Assembly: GCA_030390025.1 (NCBI GenBank)
Contig: CM059425.1
Span: forward strand, 162,752,001-162,816,000
Length of the DNA: 64,000 bases
From: Squalus acanthias
Lineage: Eukaryota
Direction of reading: 5' to 3'
The position numbers were made by a program, and so were the translations under genes. Shown piece after piece: positions 40,201-51,795 of the stretch. Each line of letters begins with the position of its first letter. Position 1 is the stretch's first letter. The notes under the pieces are model-generated. The model was given only the letters and a program-made list of their open reading frames with translations, was not told the origin of the DNA and ran no database searches.

Positions 40201-40511
40201 TGTTACAACTGAGTGGCTTGCTGGGCCATTTCAGAGGGCAGTTAAGAGTCAACCACATTGCTGTGGGTCTGGTGTCACATATAGGCCAGATTTCCTTCCC
40301 TAAAGGACATTAGTGAACGAGGTGGGTATTTCCAAACTGATTGTTTCATGGTCACCATTACTGATACTAGCTTTTTATTCCAGATTTATTTAATTAATTG
40401 AATATAAATTCCGCAGCTGCCGTGGTGAGATTTGAATTCACGTCTCTGGATCATTAATCTAGTCCTAATCCATTACTAATCCAGTAACATAACCACTATG
40501 CTACCGTTCCC
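37263..40511 (-). mobile_element. Second near full-length Daphne-like LINE with tRNA-derived head
   Basis: Reverse-complement homolog of 1506-4707 over its whole length, including the GGGAACGGTAGCATAGTGG head; RT ORF at 38175-38996. Confidence 0.92.
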
Positions 40512-40961
40512 GTGGTTCTTGACTGCATTAATGGATTCTGGTAGGGATCATTGTGCAGCTGTTCAAAACTACAATATCTGCTGAAACACTCTCATAACTT
40601 CCCTGTGTGTGGCTGGAGTACTTTGAATTGAAGTACTTCCCCACAGAGTGTCCCGCTTTAATATTTCCTTCATATTAGTAAATAACCCTCCTTTGTTCTT
40701 TTACCCTATTAACTATTTCCTACTGTCTGGTATCCAAGATATTGAGTGACAAGTAGATTTTTTTTGCTGTATATGAAAGGTAATTTCTTCTGCCTATTAG
40801 ATTTTTACAAAAAATAAATTGACAGTAATGGCCCCATTTTTATCACTACTTCAAGTCTTACTGTCATGATAAAATACACTTACAAAAATTAAATGACAAC
40901 CCACAGCCCCCCCCCAAAAAAAGCACTAGTTAAAGGCTTATTAAAGGGGGAGGGGGGAGGG

Positions 40962-41693
40962 GGGAGAAGTGTAGAGGAACAGAGGGACCTTGGAGTGCAT
41001 GCCCAGAGATCCCTGAAGGTAGCAGGACAGGTAGATAAGGTGGTTAAGAAGGCATACGGGATACTTGTCTTTATTAGCTGAGGCCTAGAATATAAGAGCA
41101 GGGAGGTTATGCTTGAACTGTATAAAACACTAGTTAGGCCACAGCTAGAGTACTGCGTGCAGTTCTGGTCACCAGATTACAGGAAGGATGTGATTGCACG
41201 AGAAGGGGTGCAGAGGAGATTTACGAGGATGTTGCCTGGGCTGGGGAATTTTAGCTATGAGGAAAGATTGGATAGGCTGGGGTTGTTTTCTTTGGAACAG
41301 AGGAGGCTGAGGGGAGACCTAATTGAGGTGTATAAAATTATATGGGGACTAGATAGAGTAGATAGGAAGGACCTATTTCCCTTAGCAGAAGGGTCAATAA
41401 CCAGGGGGCATAGGTTTAAAGTAATTGGTTGGAGGTTTAGAGGGGAGTTGAGAAGTTTTTTTCACCCAGAGAGTGGTGGGGGTCTGGAACTCACTGCCTG
41501 AAAGGGTGGTAGAGGCAGAGACCCTCATCACATTTAAAAAGTACTTGGATATGCACTTGAAGTGCCATAACCTACAAGGCTACGGACCAAGTGCTGGAAA
41601 GTGGGATTAGAGTGGATAGCTCTTTGTTGGCCAGCAAGGACAAGATGGGCTGAATGGCTTCCTTCTGTGTTGTAAATTTCTATGATTCTATGA
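40962..41693 (+). mobile_element. CR1 3' fragment
   Basis: ORF 41109-41501 (RPQLEYCVQFWSP); (ATTCTATG)n tail. Confidence 0.9.
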
Positions 41694-42207
41694 CTTTATA
41701 ATACAGATCTTCAATGGCTCCCAAACACTGGCCGTGATTTTGCCAGCGCTCAGAGGGCAGCTTCAGAGGCGGGTCCACTGTCAAAATCGAAATGATTGAC
41801 GGCGGGTTGGGAACCCGCTGCGAACCTGCCTCCATGTAAGTTTCCAAAGTGTCAGGTCTGCAATTTCAGAACAGACCCGACACCAAGCGGCGGGGAGGCA
41901 TTTAAGATAGTTAACTGCTTGTTAACTACTATTTTCCAGCCTCTTTCTATTTTCCCACATTTTTAACGGGGTTCTCGTCGTTCGGAGATCACGTCAGGTA
42001 AGTATGTCGGGAGTTCAATCGAGCTGAATAGTTCACAGCTGCAACTGCATTATAAAAGCTAACCTTTCACATCTGTTCACTTTCCAATGTCAGAAGTTGC
42101 TGATTTCAGGACTGGGAAGACACATTTGATCTGTATTGAAGCTGTAAGTGTGTGGTGTAAACTCTATATGCACTGTCACCTCCTTGGAATAACCTCTCTC
42201 CCCATTA

Positions 42208-42340
42208 CAATAGCAAAATACTGCGGATGCTGGAAAACTGAAATAACAACAGAAAGCGCTGGAAAAACTCAGCAGGCCAGGCAACATCCGTGGAGAGAGA
42301 AACAAAGTTAACGTTTCAGGTCGAAGACCCTTCGTCAGTT
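42208..42340 (-). mobile_element. Penelope-like terminal fragment with hammerhead core
   Basis: Reverse complement of the 3' end of 44195-44633, including CTGACGA...GAAACGTTAAC. CTCCCCATT occurs on both sides (42198-42206 and 42351-42359). Confidence 0.82.
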
Positions 42341-42408
42341 TGACTGATTGCTCCCCATTGATTGATTGCTTCTAACATCTCATCCTCACCTGCCATATAT
42401 AACAGCAG

Positions 42409-43630
42409 AATGGGAACGATTTAAACTCTCTCACCCTGGTCCTCAGAATCTGACCACGATCAGCCGCAGCACCAGCAGAACCAGGCACACCAGCAGCACC
42501 AACAACAAGAGCACCAACCTTCTCCTCAACCACCTGCTGCTGCACAGGGCAGAGGCCATCAGCGCAGGGCTGCACGGTGCCGCAGGAGATACCCCCAACA
42601 CAGGGTTTACAGGCCGAGGATGAGCTTCCTCAACATGAGTGAGCAGCAGTGCCAAAGGAGGCTGAGACTATCGTGACAGGTAGTCGCAGACATTTGCACA
42701 ATGCTCGATCAAGACCTGCAGCCCAGAGGAGCGGGTGGACACCCCTTACCAGTGGCTGTCAAAGTCACCACTGCCCTCAACTTCTTTGCGTCAGGGTCCT
42801 TCCAGGGATCAGCAGCAGACATTAGCAGCATCTCCCAGTCGGCCGCACACAGATGCATCACACAGGTCACTGAAGCCCTCTTTGACAAGTCCGCCAATTA
42901 CATCCACTTTTCCATTGATGAAGCCAGTTACCGAGTGGGCGCTAGGCTTTGTAAATCTGGCTGGCTTCCCACAGGTGCAGGGCGTCATCGACTGCACCCA
43001 TGTGGCCATCAGGGCACCCCATCAGAACCCAGCAGTATTTGTCAACTGCAAGGGCTTCCACTCCCTTAACATGCAGCTGGTACGCAACCATAGGAAGAGA
43101 CTATCATGCATGTGTGTGCCAAGTTCCCTGGCAGCTTCCATGACTCTTACATCCTGCGCCAGTCCACTGTCCCTCAGCTCTTCGCACTGCCAAACGAACT
43201 TTCCGGCTGGCTCCTTGGAGACACGGGCTATCCCCTGAAGACGTGGCTAATGACACCGTTGAGGAGGCCATCAAACGAGTCTGAGGAGCATTACAATCAA
43301 AGCCACATTTCCACCAGAAGTCTCATAGAACAAACAATAGGGTTGCTCAAAATGCACTTCAGATGCCTGGAAGGATCTGGTGGAGCCCTTCAGTACGCAC
43401 CAGCCAGGTTCTCGAGAATCGTCATTGTCTGCTGTGCCCTGCACAACATCACACTGCAGCGAGGATTAGCGCTGCATGAGGAACAAGGCGCAGAGCGCAC
43501 AGCCTCTTCGGAGGAGGAGGTTGAGCATGAGGAAGACCTGGAGGAGGCGGCTGACCCAGTGCGACCAGCACGCGAGCACATTGCTGCCCGTGATGCCAGG
43601 GATGGCCTAATCAATGCCAAATTCACCTAA
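42409..43630 (+). pseudogene. Harbinger transposase pseudogene
   Basis: Homologous to 7933-9186 ([25 protein letters not shown]) but split over three frames, with a stop near 42674. Confidence 0.92.
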
Positions 43631-43661
43631 CTTTATGCAGCACAGACATGTGGCTGCCACA

Positions 43662-44793
43662 TGTAAGAATAAAAATATATGTTTTGTATGTGTGATGGAC
43701 TCAAGACTATTAATATAAGATGTATGTAATAAAGATAAATTTGATGTGTATGGATCTCCCCTGGGTAAGGCAACGGCGCGAAACTTAACAAAGGAAACCT
43801 GCATAACAGGATAACCCCCCACAGAGACACCATCGAAACTCACCATCGAAACTCAAGAGCCACTAAAAGGTGCCAACAAACAATTAACTTAAGCAAGAAA
43901 TGGCACCAGCCACTGCAGACAGACACATGTTCAAAGGAAAGCCAATCAAGAACTGCCATGAATCTAAGACCCAATCATGGGGTCTTAGCAATTTAGAGTA
44001 GAGACAATGGACTTAAAAAGATATAAAACAAGGAACCCAAAGGCTCGCTTTCTCTCTCTCCCTCTCTGGACGACCACGCGGAAAAACAAGAAGCCCTCCC
44101 TCTACAGACCAGACCAAGAAGCAAGGAAAAAGGCCGCGTACATTGCTTGACTCAGGGAAGTACCAGACTTTGTAAATCTAACCCATTACCTTACAGACTC
44201 AATATCGAGTTCAACAATTTCAGATCATAACCCCGGCCCCTACCACATATGTATACATTTTATCCACTCTTTTGGTCCGTGCCTTTTTCCTTTTTTTCTC
44301 TCTCTCCCCCCACGGCAGCTGTCTCTGATTCTGCCAGCATTTCACACCTTACCTTTTGTTTCTCAACCTGTCCCATTACCATCTCGTCTTGCCTTGAGCA
44401 TCTCTTAATGTCTCTACTCACTCAAGACCATCCCTTTTGTTCTTTTATTCCTCCCCCCAGCCTCCCCCTTGCATTTTTATCTGTTTATTTCTTGCTCTTT
44501 CAGTTCCGACGAAGGGTTTCGACCTGAAACGTTAACTCTCTTTCTCTCTCCACGGATGTTGCCTGACCTGCTGAGTTTTTCCAGCGTTTTCTGTTGTTAT
44601 TTCGGATTTCCAGCATCCGCAGTATTTTGCTATCCCATTACCTTACGTGTTGTAATCGAGTAGAGTCCATAAATACCAGTAGGCTATTGTTTTGATGTGC
44701 ATGAGTGTGTGTGTTTAATAAACTTATTCCAAATTGTTTCAAAAGAATCGGTCTTGCTGTCAATTTAATGCCAGTCAAAATAAAAAGCTTACA
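43662..44793 (+). repeat. 5' LTR (interrupted by a Penelope-like insertion)
   Basis: Direct repeat of 50814-51536; TATAAAA at about 44023; AATAAA at about 44717. Confidence 0.96.
44195..44633 (+). mobile_element. Penelope-like element 3' fragment inserted in the 5' LTR
   Basis: Begins in the LNIEFNNFRS* ORF end. 13-bp TSD CCCATTACCTTAC (44182-44194 and 44634-44646). The 3' LTR shows the empty site. Hammerhead-like motif at 44501-44537. Confidence 0.9.
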
Positions 44794-44797
44794 AAAC

Positions 44798-44815
44798 TGG
44801 GGGCTCGTCCGGGAT
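44798..44815 (+). promoter_or_regulatory. Primer binding site complementary to the tRNA-Pro 3' end
   Basis: TGGGGGCTCGTCCGGGAT, the canonical 18-nt Pro PBS, 4 nt after the LTR end. Confidence 0.95.
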
Positions 44816-44919
44816 CTGGTGAGACAGCTTCAGATCATTCTTTTAAACAACTGGAAATTTCGGGAGTTGCGATTCTAAGCTGTGATGCGAAGGTTAAAAG
44901 TAAATTCAAAAGACATAGG

Positions 44920-46883
44920 ATGAAGGGATTGGGGGCATACAAAAAGCCAGCAAAAGACGTAGCTGTAGCCTACCATGAAAAAATATACGAAAACGTGTCC
45001 ATAAGGGATTTACAAGAGTTATGGGCATGATGCATCTGTAAGGGCCAACATGCGTCCTTTGGGGAGCTCGTGGCATTTATCCAGTAGAAGGTAGATGAGG
45101 GAAAGCTAAGGCCCAAACAGGCAAACAGTCTCTTGGCATTCAGGACACATTACTGTGCTCGGAGGGATGAGGAATTAATGAGGCAGGATGCAAAAGAGAT
45201 TCGAGATTTAAAGGGAGAGATACAAGATTTAAAAGAACTAAAAGTCATAGAGATTCAACTAAACAAAAAAGAAATTCAAAGTATGAAAGAACATAAAGAA
45301 GAAGGCATCCAGCTTGTTAGGCAGTTAAAGGAGGGAGAAATCCAGCATTTGAGACAAGAAATCGATTGATTAAGCCACGGTATCAGACAACTAGAAAGAG
45401 GAGCCGAGCAGGCAGCTTCGTTGCTACAGCAACAAAGCCTCTCAAATTTAAATGCAGGAGCAGCAGTCGCGTCAGCAAACGAAACCAGATTAGAGCTCAA
45501 GAAATATAAATTGGAAAACCTGGGGCTCCGGCAGGAAGTAGAAGACGTTAGGGGGGCATTAAGGGAAGCAATTAAGAAGCCACATAGGGAGGCAGACCAC
45601 TCCCGGTGCCACCTAGAAATAGCACGACTAAAGAGTAAATTAGGGCAGCAACAGGCTCTAGTATCCGCAGTAACACGGGGAGCCATAACAGAGACAACAG
45701 AAGGGGACGAGGGGGAGACAGATTGGGAAGAGGAAGGCAGTCAGTATAATCCCCAGGAGGGCGGTGAAGGATGGGATACCTTGGAGACACAAGGGCCAAC
45801 CGTAGCAGCAGTGGCCATCTCTTTATGGCGTAATGTGCATGGTCACATCACTAGTAACCATACCGACTCACGGCCCATATCTGGTGCTGACGCCACGGCG
45901 TGTAGCCACAAGTTGGGGCCCATTAATGATGGGGACGACCCACTGGTAGCTAATAGGAGGTGGGCAGATTTCAGGAGGGGTCACTCCGAGTTAGAAGAGG
46001 GAGACTTAACACAAGTCCTCCTCTTGGCCTGTTCCACTTCTTTGAAGAATAATCTGCCTGACGCGATCCTCCAGCGTGGCACAGCGACCGTGCAGTCATG
46101 ACCAAGATCCTAAGCCATTTAGGGATTCAAAACTTAAACTTAGTGGCTAGGCTTAGTCAGACCAAACAGCACCCAGATGAGACCCCTAGAGTCGTCAGTA
46201 ATCGCCTGTACGATATCTATGAACGTACCCAGAACCAGGCACCCGCAAATGCTGCAGCAGGAATGAATCAGGAACAATTCAAAATGATGTTCCTGACCCA
46301 ACTCCACTCTTTAGTTAAAACCACCCTGGGCATAGCCGTGAGGCCCACCGATCAGTGGACAGATATAGAGACTAACGTTCAAAGAGCCTGGGAGATGGTA
46401 AAAGACCAGTTAAAGGTGAAGTCACCACCCACCACAAAGAAACCAGTGTCAGCGGTGGAGGGATCTCGGTACTACCCCTTTAGGGGACAGTGCTTTAATT
46501 GTAAGAAGGAAGGTCACCTAGCAAAACACTGCAGGAGACCCAGACAGGCACTGGACCACGATGCAACGCATAGATACCTCCCGAGGGCCGAACCCAAACC
46601 CTCTGGGATGGAACAACAATTGGTTCAGTTAGTTACCCTTCTAAAAAAGGACGAATCCAAGCCCTCTGGGATGGATCAACGATTGGACCAGTTGATAACC
46701 CTCATGAAAGCCCAAATTGTCATGGGGGGGATGCAAAATCATGCACGCAATCGCCAATGCACACCCATTGGGAATGCAAAATCCTATCGTCAATGCACAC
46801 CCATTGGAGGGACCCCTCCAAGGATCCACCCTATGACGGGGTTTGGCCCCCAAAGATTGGTCGGAAGTGGGGTTCTGACGTGA
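44920..46883 (+). pseudogene. gag (coiled-coil N-terminus, capsid-like region, one CCHC zinc knuckle), with stops and a frameshift
   Basis: ORFs 45133-45369, 45421-46101 and 46098-46883; KQHPDETPRVVSNRL (MHR-like); CFNCKKEGHLAKHC. Start position uncertain. Confidence 0.85.
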
Positions 46884-49800
46884 TGGTAGCGGGAGACCAG
46901 TAGTCCTTGTTGTCTTAAAAGGGGGCTGGCAACAGATTATGCTTATAGACACTGGCTCAGCCGTTACCATCATCCACATCCCATACCCTGAACGCCGTGC
47001 AGCGGCGGGCAAGGGTTGTATGGTCCTTAAAGGGTTTAATGGTGATACAACCACCGCGTATACAGGGAAGGCCTCTGAACTTCAGTTGGGAGGCCTCACC
47101 TGTAAGGTCCCAGCTGATGACCACCCCCGACGGAAGGGGAATTTTAGGGACTGATGGATCAGTATGGCGCGGTAATAGATTACAATCAGGACTGTGTTTG
47201 AATGGGATTGAGAAATAATGCAAAAGTGATAGAAATTTCAGATGCTCACTCTATTTTTGCTATTAAAAAGCCATCCGAGTATGACCCTCCGGGGAGCGAA
47301 AACGAAGCTGTGGCAAAACTAATTCAGGAACACCTAGCGGTGTTTGCCACGTGCAAGCACGATTGTGGAAAAATGGCAGGCGAAGAGTCTATTGAGGGAC
47401 CCCCACTCATTCACTAAACAGTACCCCATCCCAAGGGAGAGTCACCCTTACATCCGAGACACCATAAAATCCCTAGTCAAGCAGGCTGTTGTTAGGACAG
47501 GCACTTTCACAACCAATTCACCCACATGGCCGGTTAAAAAGCCTGATAGCAGCTGGCGACTGACTATTGATTACAGAAAGTTAAATTCTGTAACGCCAGC
47601 CTGCTCACCGGTAGTAAGAGAAGCTCCCACCATATTATCTCAAATTCCTGCTGGTTCCAAGTACTTCTTGACCCTCGACATCGCCAATGGATTCTGGAGT
47701 ATCCCTGTTAAAAGGGAGGACCAGTACAAATTCACGTTCACATTTGAGGACCAGAGCTACACCTGGACATGCCTGCCTCAGGGGTTCCACAATGCCCCCA
47801 CGATCTTCCACAAAAGAATGGCTGCAGTTTTAAAAGACTTTTCCCGCCCTACCTGCTTGCTACAGTACATAGACGATCTACTGCTGGCAACTGATAGCAT
47901 GGAGGAGCATCTGTCCCTTTTGCACGAACTGTTGACATTGTTGGCTCAGGCGGGACTAAAGGTGAATCCCCGTAAGGCTCAGTTGGTAAAAGAACGGGTC
48001 ACCTTTCTGGGAGTGTCCATTTCTCCAGAGGGATCGTCCCCCGACTCCCACAAGGTGGAGATAATACAGCGACTACCATTACCCACTTCCTAAAAACAGC
48101 CCTACGATCATTCTTGGGTTTGGTGGAGTACCAAAGGAACTTTATCCCAGGCTTTGCAGAGTGCACAAAGCCCCTGTATGATTTGATAAAACTGCAGGGT
48201 GATGACATACGCCCGGCATGGACTGATGCTCACACCCAGTCCGTGGCCAAATTAAAAACTGCAGTGATACAGGCCGCATGTCTGATTCCTCCAGATCCCA
48301 CACAGCCCTTCCATTTGGAGGTCGGGGCCACAGAACAAAGCCTCGCCGCAGTTCTGTGCCAAACGCGAGCTGATCGACTACAACCCATTGCATATGCGTC
48401 TCGAATCCTGCAGAAAAGATGTATACCGCGTGCGAGCGCCACCTGCTGGCCGTCTTCTGGGCGGTACATCATTTTACCTTTATTTCTGGGCTACACGCGA
48501 CCATCCTTCACAGCGTTCACACGCCTCTGAACCTACTGATGAAACCTGGAGATTCGCTAGTTTCCTCGCAGCGCCTCAGCAAATGGACATTGGAATTTAT
48601 GGAAAGAGACATTGGTATCATTTCCAAACCCACCACATTGCTGCCACAATTTCTGGTTTATGAGGGGGAACCGCATGAATGTCCGCTACCCCTGCTTAAC
48701 TTTGAGACCCATCCTGTGCAGAAAGAGCCCATACAAGGAGCCCCAGATGTCTACATCGGTGGGTCCCCATATCACATTGAGGGATCCCCCCACACCGGGT
48801 ATGCTGTGGTATTGCCAGAGAGAACCATCCAGCGACTATGCAACCGATAGTCCTCACAATATGCAGAAATCGCCGCACTTCTAACCACCGTGAAAGAAAC
48901 CTCAGATAGACCCGTGAATATTTGGTCCGATAGTGCCTATGCTATAAACACCATGCTCTCCTTGCCCCTATATCATAAAAATGACTACCGTACAATAGAC
49001 GGTAAGGCCCTGGTCCATGGGCCCTGGTTACGCCTGCTCTGGTCATACCTTAAACAGCGATCCCAGCCCTGCTTCATAGGAAAGGTAGCAGCCCATAGAA
49101 AAGGGGGTCCACATAATGAGGGAAATTCCAGAGCAGACAGAGCAGCCAAGGACGCTGCGATTGTTGGGGAGACAGAGGATATAGTTGTTGAGCCCTGCAA
49201 TGCTGTTAGCAAGAGCTCCCCAACAGATCACCTAGATTTAAAATCCCTGCAGCAGCAATACTGGCCATATGCCGTTGTAAGCACCTGGCACGAGGAAGGC
49301 AGACCCCTTCCTCAACCGACAGCCTGGGCCCCCAATACCAGACTAGCCACTGCCCCTGACTCAGCGGAGCAGTTGCTGATGTTCAAATGAAAGCCATACG
49401 CCTGCCCGGTGGTGTGTGTTCCACCAGAGGTGTGTCAGGAACTGCTCTCCCTCTTTCACTCCCACCCCACGGCAGGGCACTATTCGGCCCTGGTAACCTT
49501 CGATAAGATAGCATCCACAGCTTGGTGGCCTTCCATGAGGGAAACAATCAACCTATATGTGGCACGATGCCGACCGTGCCTGCAGCCCAATCCTCCCACG
49601 TGCACTAACTGAGCCTTGCTTCAAAGCGCGCCCCCACCTCAAGGGCCATGGGCCCACCTCCAGATAGACTTCAATGGGCCACTTCCACAGGTGCAAGGCA
49701 ATTTTCAGCATGCCCTAGTGGTGGTGGATCAATTCACTAACTGGATCGAAGCATTCCCCTGCTGCTCCAACACCGCAATCACGGCAGCCAAAACACTATT

Positions 49801-50494
49801 AAATCATGTCTTTTGTAGGTGGGGAGTACCGGTACAAGTGGACAGGGATCAAGGTTCACACTTTACCGGTAAGATTTTTACCCACCTGCAGGAAATGTTG
49901 GGGATAAAACACAAACTACATATTGCTCACCACCCCCAGTCATCTGGAGGGGTCGAAAGGGGAAACAGGACCCTCAAGTTAATGTTAAAAAAATTGTGTG
50001 CGGACCACCCCACTCAATGGGCTAACATGCTGCCAATGTGCTTAATGGCAATGAGGTCCACACCTCATAAAACAACAGGAGTCTCCCCATATCAGGCCAT
50101 GAAGGGGAGACTCATGAGAACGCCAGGCCAGCTAACACTAACGGGGATGAGCCCCTTGACAATGGAACCATGTAGTTCCAAGTGGCTGGAACAAGTGGTA
50201 GATCACACCGATCAGATGAATCGATTTGTGGCCACGAAATTGGGGAAGTCAAAAAGACAAATTAAAAGGTACTTTGACAAGAAAGTACGTCCCTTTGAGT
50301 ATCAGATGGGGGACACTGTAATGATTCCAAATTATGGGAAAAAGAAGCATGCCTTTGAGCCCAGGTGGTGGGGACCGCATACGATTATAGACCGAGTGAA
50401 CCCTGCGGGTTATTTGATTCAGTTATCGGGGGGAAAGGGCGTTAAGTACAAGAAATGGTATCATATTAACCAGTTAAAAACTGCCAAAGAGTAA
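46884..50494 (+). pseudogene. pro-pol: protease, RT, tether (degenerate RNase H), RNase H, integrase; frameshifted
   Basis: LIDTGSAVT; WRLTIDYRKLN, LDIANGFW, LPQGFHN and QYIDDLLL; PIAYASR...ERHLLAV; YAEIAAL, WSDSAY and GNSRADRAAK; HSHPTAGH...CRPC, QIDFNGP, DRDQGSHF and GVERGNRTLK. Confidence 0.95.
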
Positions 50495-50525
50495 ATACTA
50501 CACTGATCTTGTTTCCCACAGGACC

Positions 50526-50765
50526 ATGATACGGATACAGATGACACAGAACAATGCCATAAACAGCAGAGCTATTCAAAAGCTAGGAGCCAGCCCATGG
50601 TGGGAAACAATGTATAATGTAGGACAACACCCCTGGCTCAGAACCCTCTCAATGCTTATGATACTGGCACAAGCCATAATTGTAGTGGTGGGGATCATCA
50701 TGATCTGCTACCTGAGAAAACTCCTTAGGAAACTGAACCACCATATGCGAGCCCACAGGAGATAA
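50526..50765 (+). CDS. 79-aa single-pass membrane ORF in the env position (probable env C-terminal remnant)
   Basis: Preceded by CTGATCTTGTTTCCCACAG (splice acceptor) and a GACCATG Kozak context. Contains a Trp-rich segment, a hydrophobic stretch (LSMLMILAQAIIVVVGIIMICYL) and a basic tail. Confidence 0.65.
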   Translation: MIRIQMTQNNAINSRAIQKLGASPWWETMYNVGQHPWLRTLSMLMILAQAIIVVVGIIMICYLRKLLRKLNHHMRAHRR

Positions 50766-50800
50766 ACCAAATGAGGGGTCAATAAGGATATTTCCCCCTC

Positions 50801-50811
50801 AAGGCGGGGAA
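50801..50811 (+). promoter_or_regulatory. Polypurine tract
   Basis: AAGGCGGGGAA, 2 nt before the 3' LTR. Confidence 0.8.
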
Positions 50812-50813
50812 TC

Positions 50814-51536
50814 TGTAAGAATAAAAATATATGTTTTGTATGTGTGAAGGACTTGAGACTATTAATATAAGATGTATGTAATAAAGATAAATTTGATGTG
50901 TATGGATCTCCCCTGGGTAAGGCAACGGCGCAAAACTTAACAAAGGAAACCTGCATAACAGGATAACCCCCCACAGAGACACCATCGAAACTCACCATCG
51001 AAATTCAAGAGCCACTAAAAGGTGTCAACAAACAATTAACTTAAGCAAGAAATGGTACCAGCCACTGCAGACAGACACATGTTCAAAGGAAAGCCAATCA
51101 AGAACTGCCATGAATCTAAGACCCAATCATGGGGTCTTAGCAATTTAGAGTAGAGACAATGGACTTAAAAAGATATAAAACAAGGAACCCAAAGGCTCTC
51201 TCTCTCTTTCTGGATGACCACGCGGAAAAACAAGAAGCTCTCCTTCTACAGACCAGACCAAGAAGCAAGGAACTCTACAGACCAGACCAAGAAGCAAGGA
51301 AAAAGGCCGCGTGCATTGCTTGACTCAGGGAAGTACCAGTCTGTGTAAATCTAACCCATTACCTTACGTGTTGTAATCGAGTAGAGTCCATAAATACCAG
51401 TAGGCTATTGTTTTGAAGTGCATGAGTGTGTGTGTTTAATAAACTTGCATGAGTGTTTAATAAACTTATTCCAAATTGTTTCAAAAGAATCGGTCTTGCT
51501 GTCAATTTAATGCCAGTCGAAATAAAAAAGCTTACA
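50814..51536 (+). repeat. 3' LTR
   Basis: TGTAAG...CTTACA; direct repeat of the 5' LTR with two small internal tandem duplications. Confidence 0.96.
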
Positions 51537-51795
51537 CACATGAGCATGAAGGTTGCCATGACCCTACTTCAACACCATAGAGCATCTCTACAATGAACTG
51601 TGCATTCCTTGCACTGTCACCACCATTGCTGGACATAAAAGGCACCCTTACTCTTCACTCTGCCACTTCAAATTGTGAGCACACATATGGCAACGAATTC
51701 AAACATTCAGAAAACATTACGTTATTACAACAAAATAAAAGAACAGAAACTTAACATTCATTTATAGCAAATCACCCAAGTGACTACCCTTGTGA

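Larger units (their letters stand above)
43662..51536 (+). mobile_element. Endogenous retrovirus-like provirus (lokiretrovirus-like architecture), env largely absent
   Basis: Paired LTRs TGTAAG...CTTACA, TSD CACA (43658-43661 and 51537-51540), PBS-Pro, PPT, domain order gag-pro-RT-tether-RH-IN, and a short TM ORF after a splice acceptor. Confidence 0.93.

Noticed and set aside
43607..43846. Duplicated antisense ORFs in both LTRs (also 50708-50998)
   Set aside because: They are duplicated only because the LTRs are repeats, they run out of the LTR into unrelated flanks, and they have no motif.
42198..44646. Shared CCCATTAC target motif for two Penelope insertions
   Set aside because: The motif is in opposite orientation relative to the two elements, and the third insertion lacks it.
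43662..51536. Ordinary Ty3/Gypsy retrotransposon or MLV-like gammaretrovirus
   Set aside because: The second RNase H and the spliced TM ORF argue against plain Gypsy. The Gag, tether and integrase do not look gamma-like, and the PBS alone is not diagnostic. Phylogeny is still needed.
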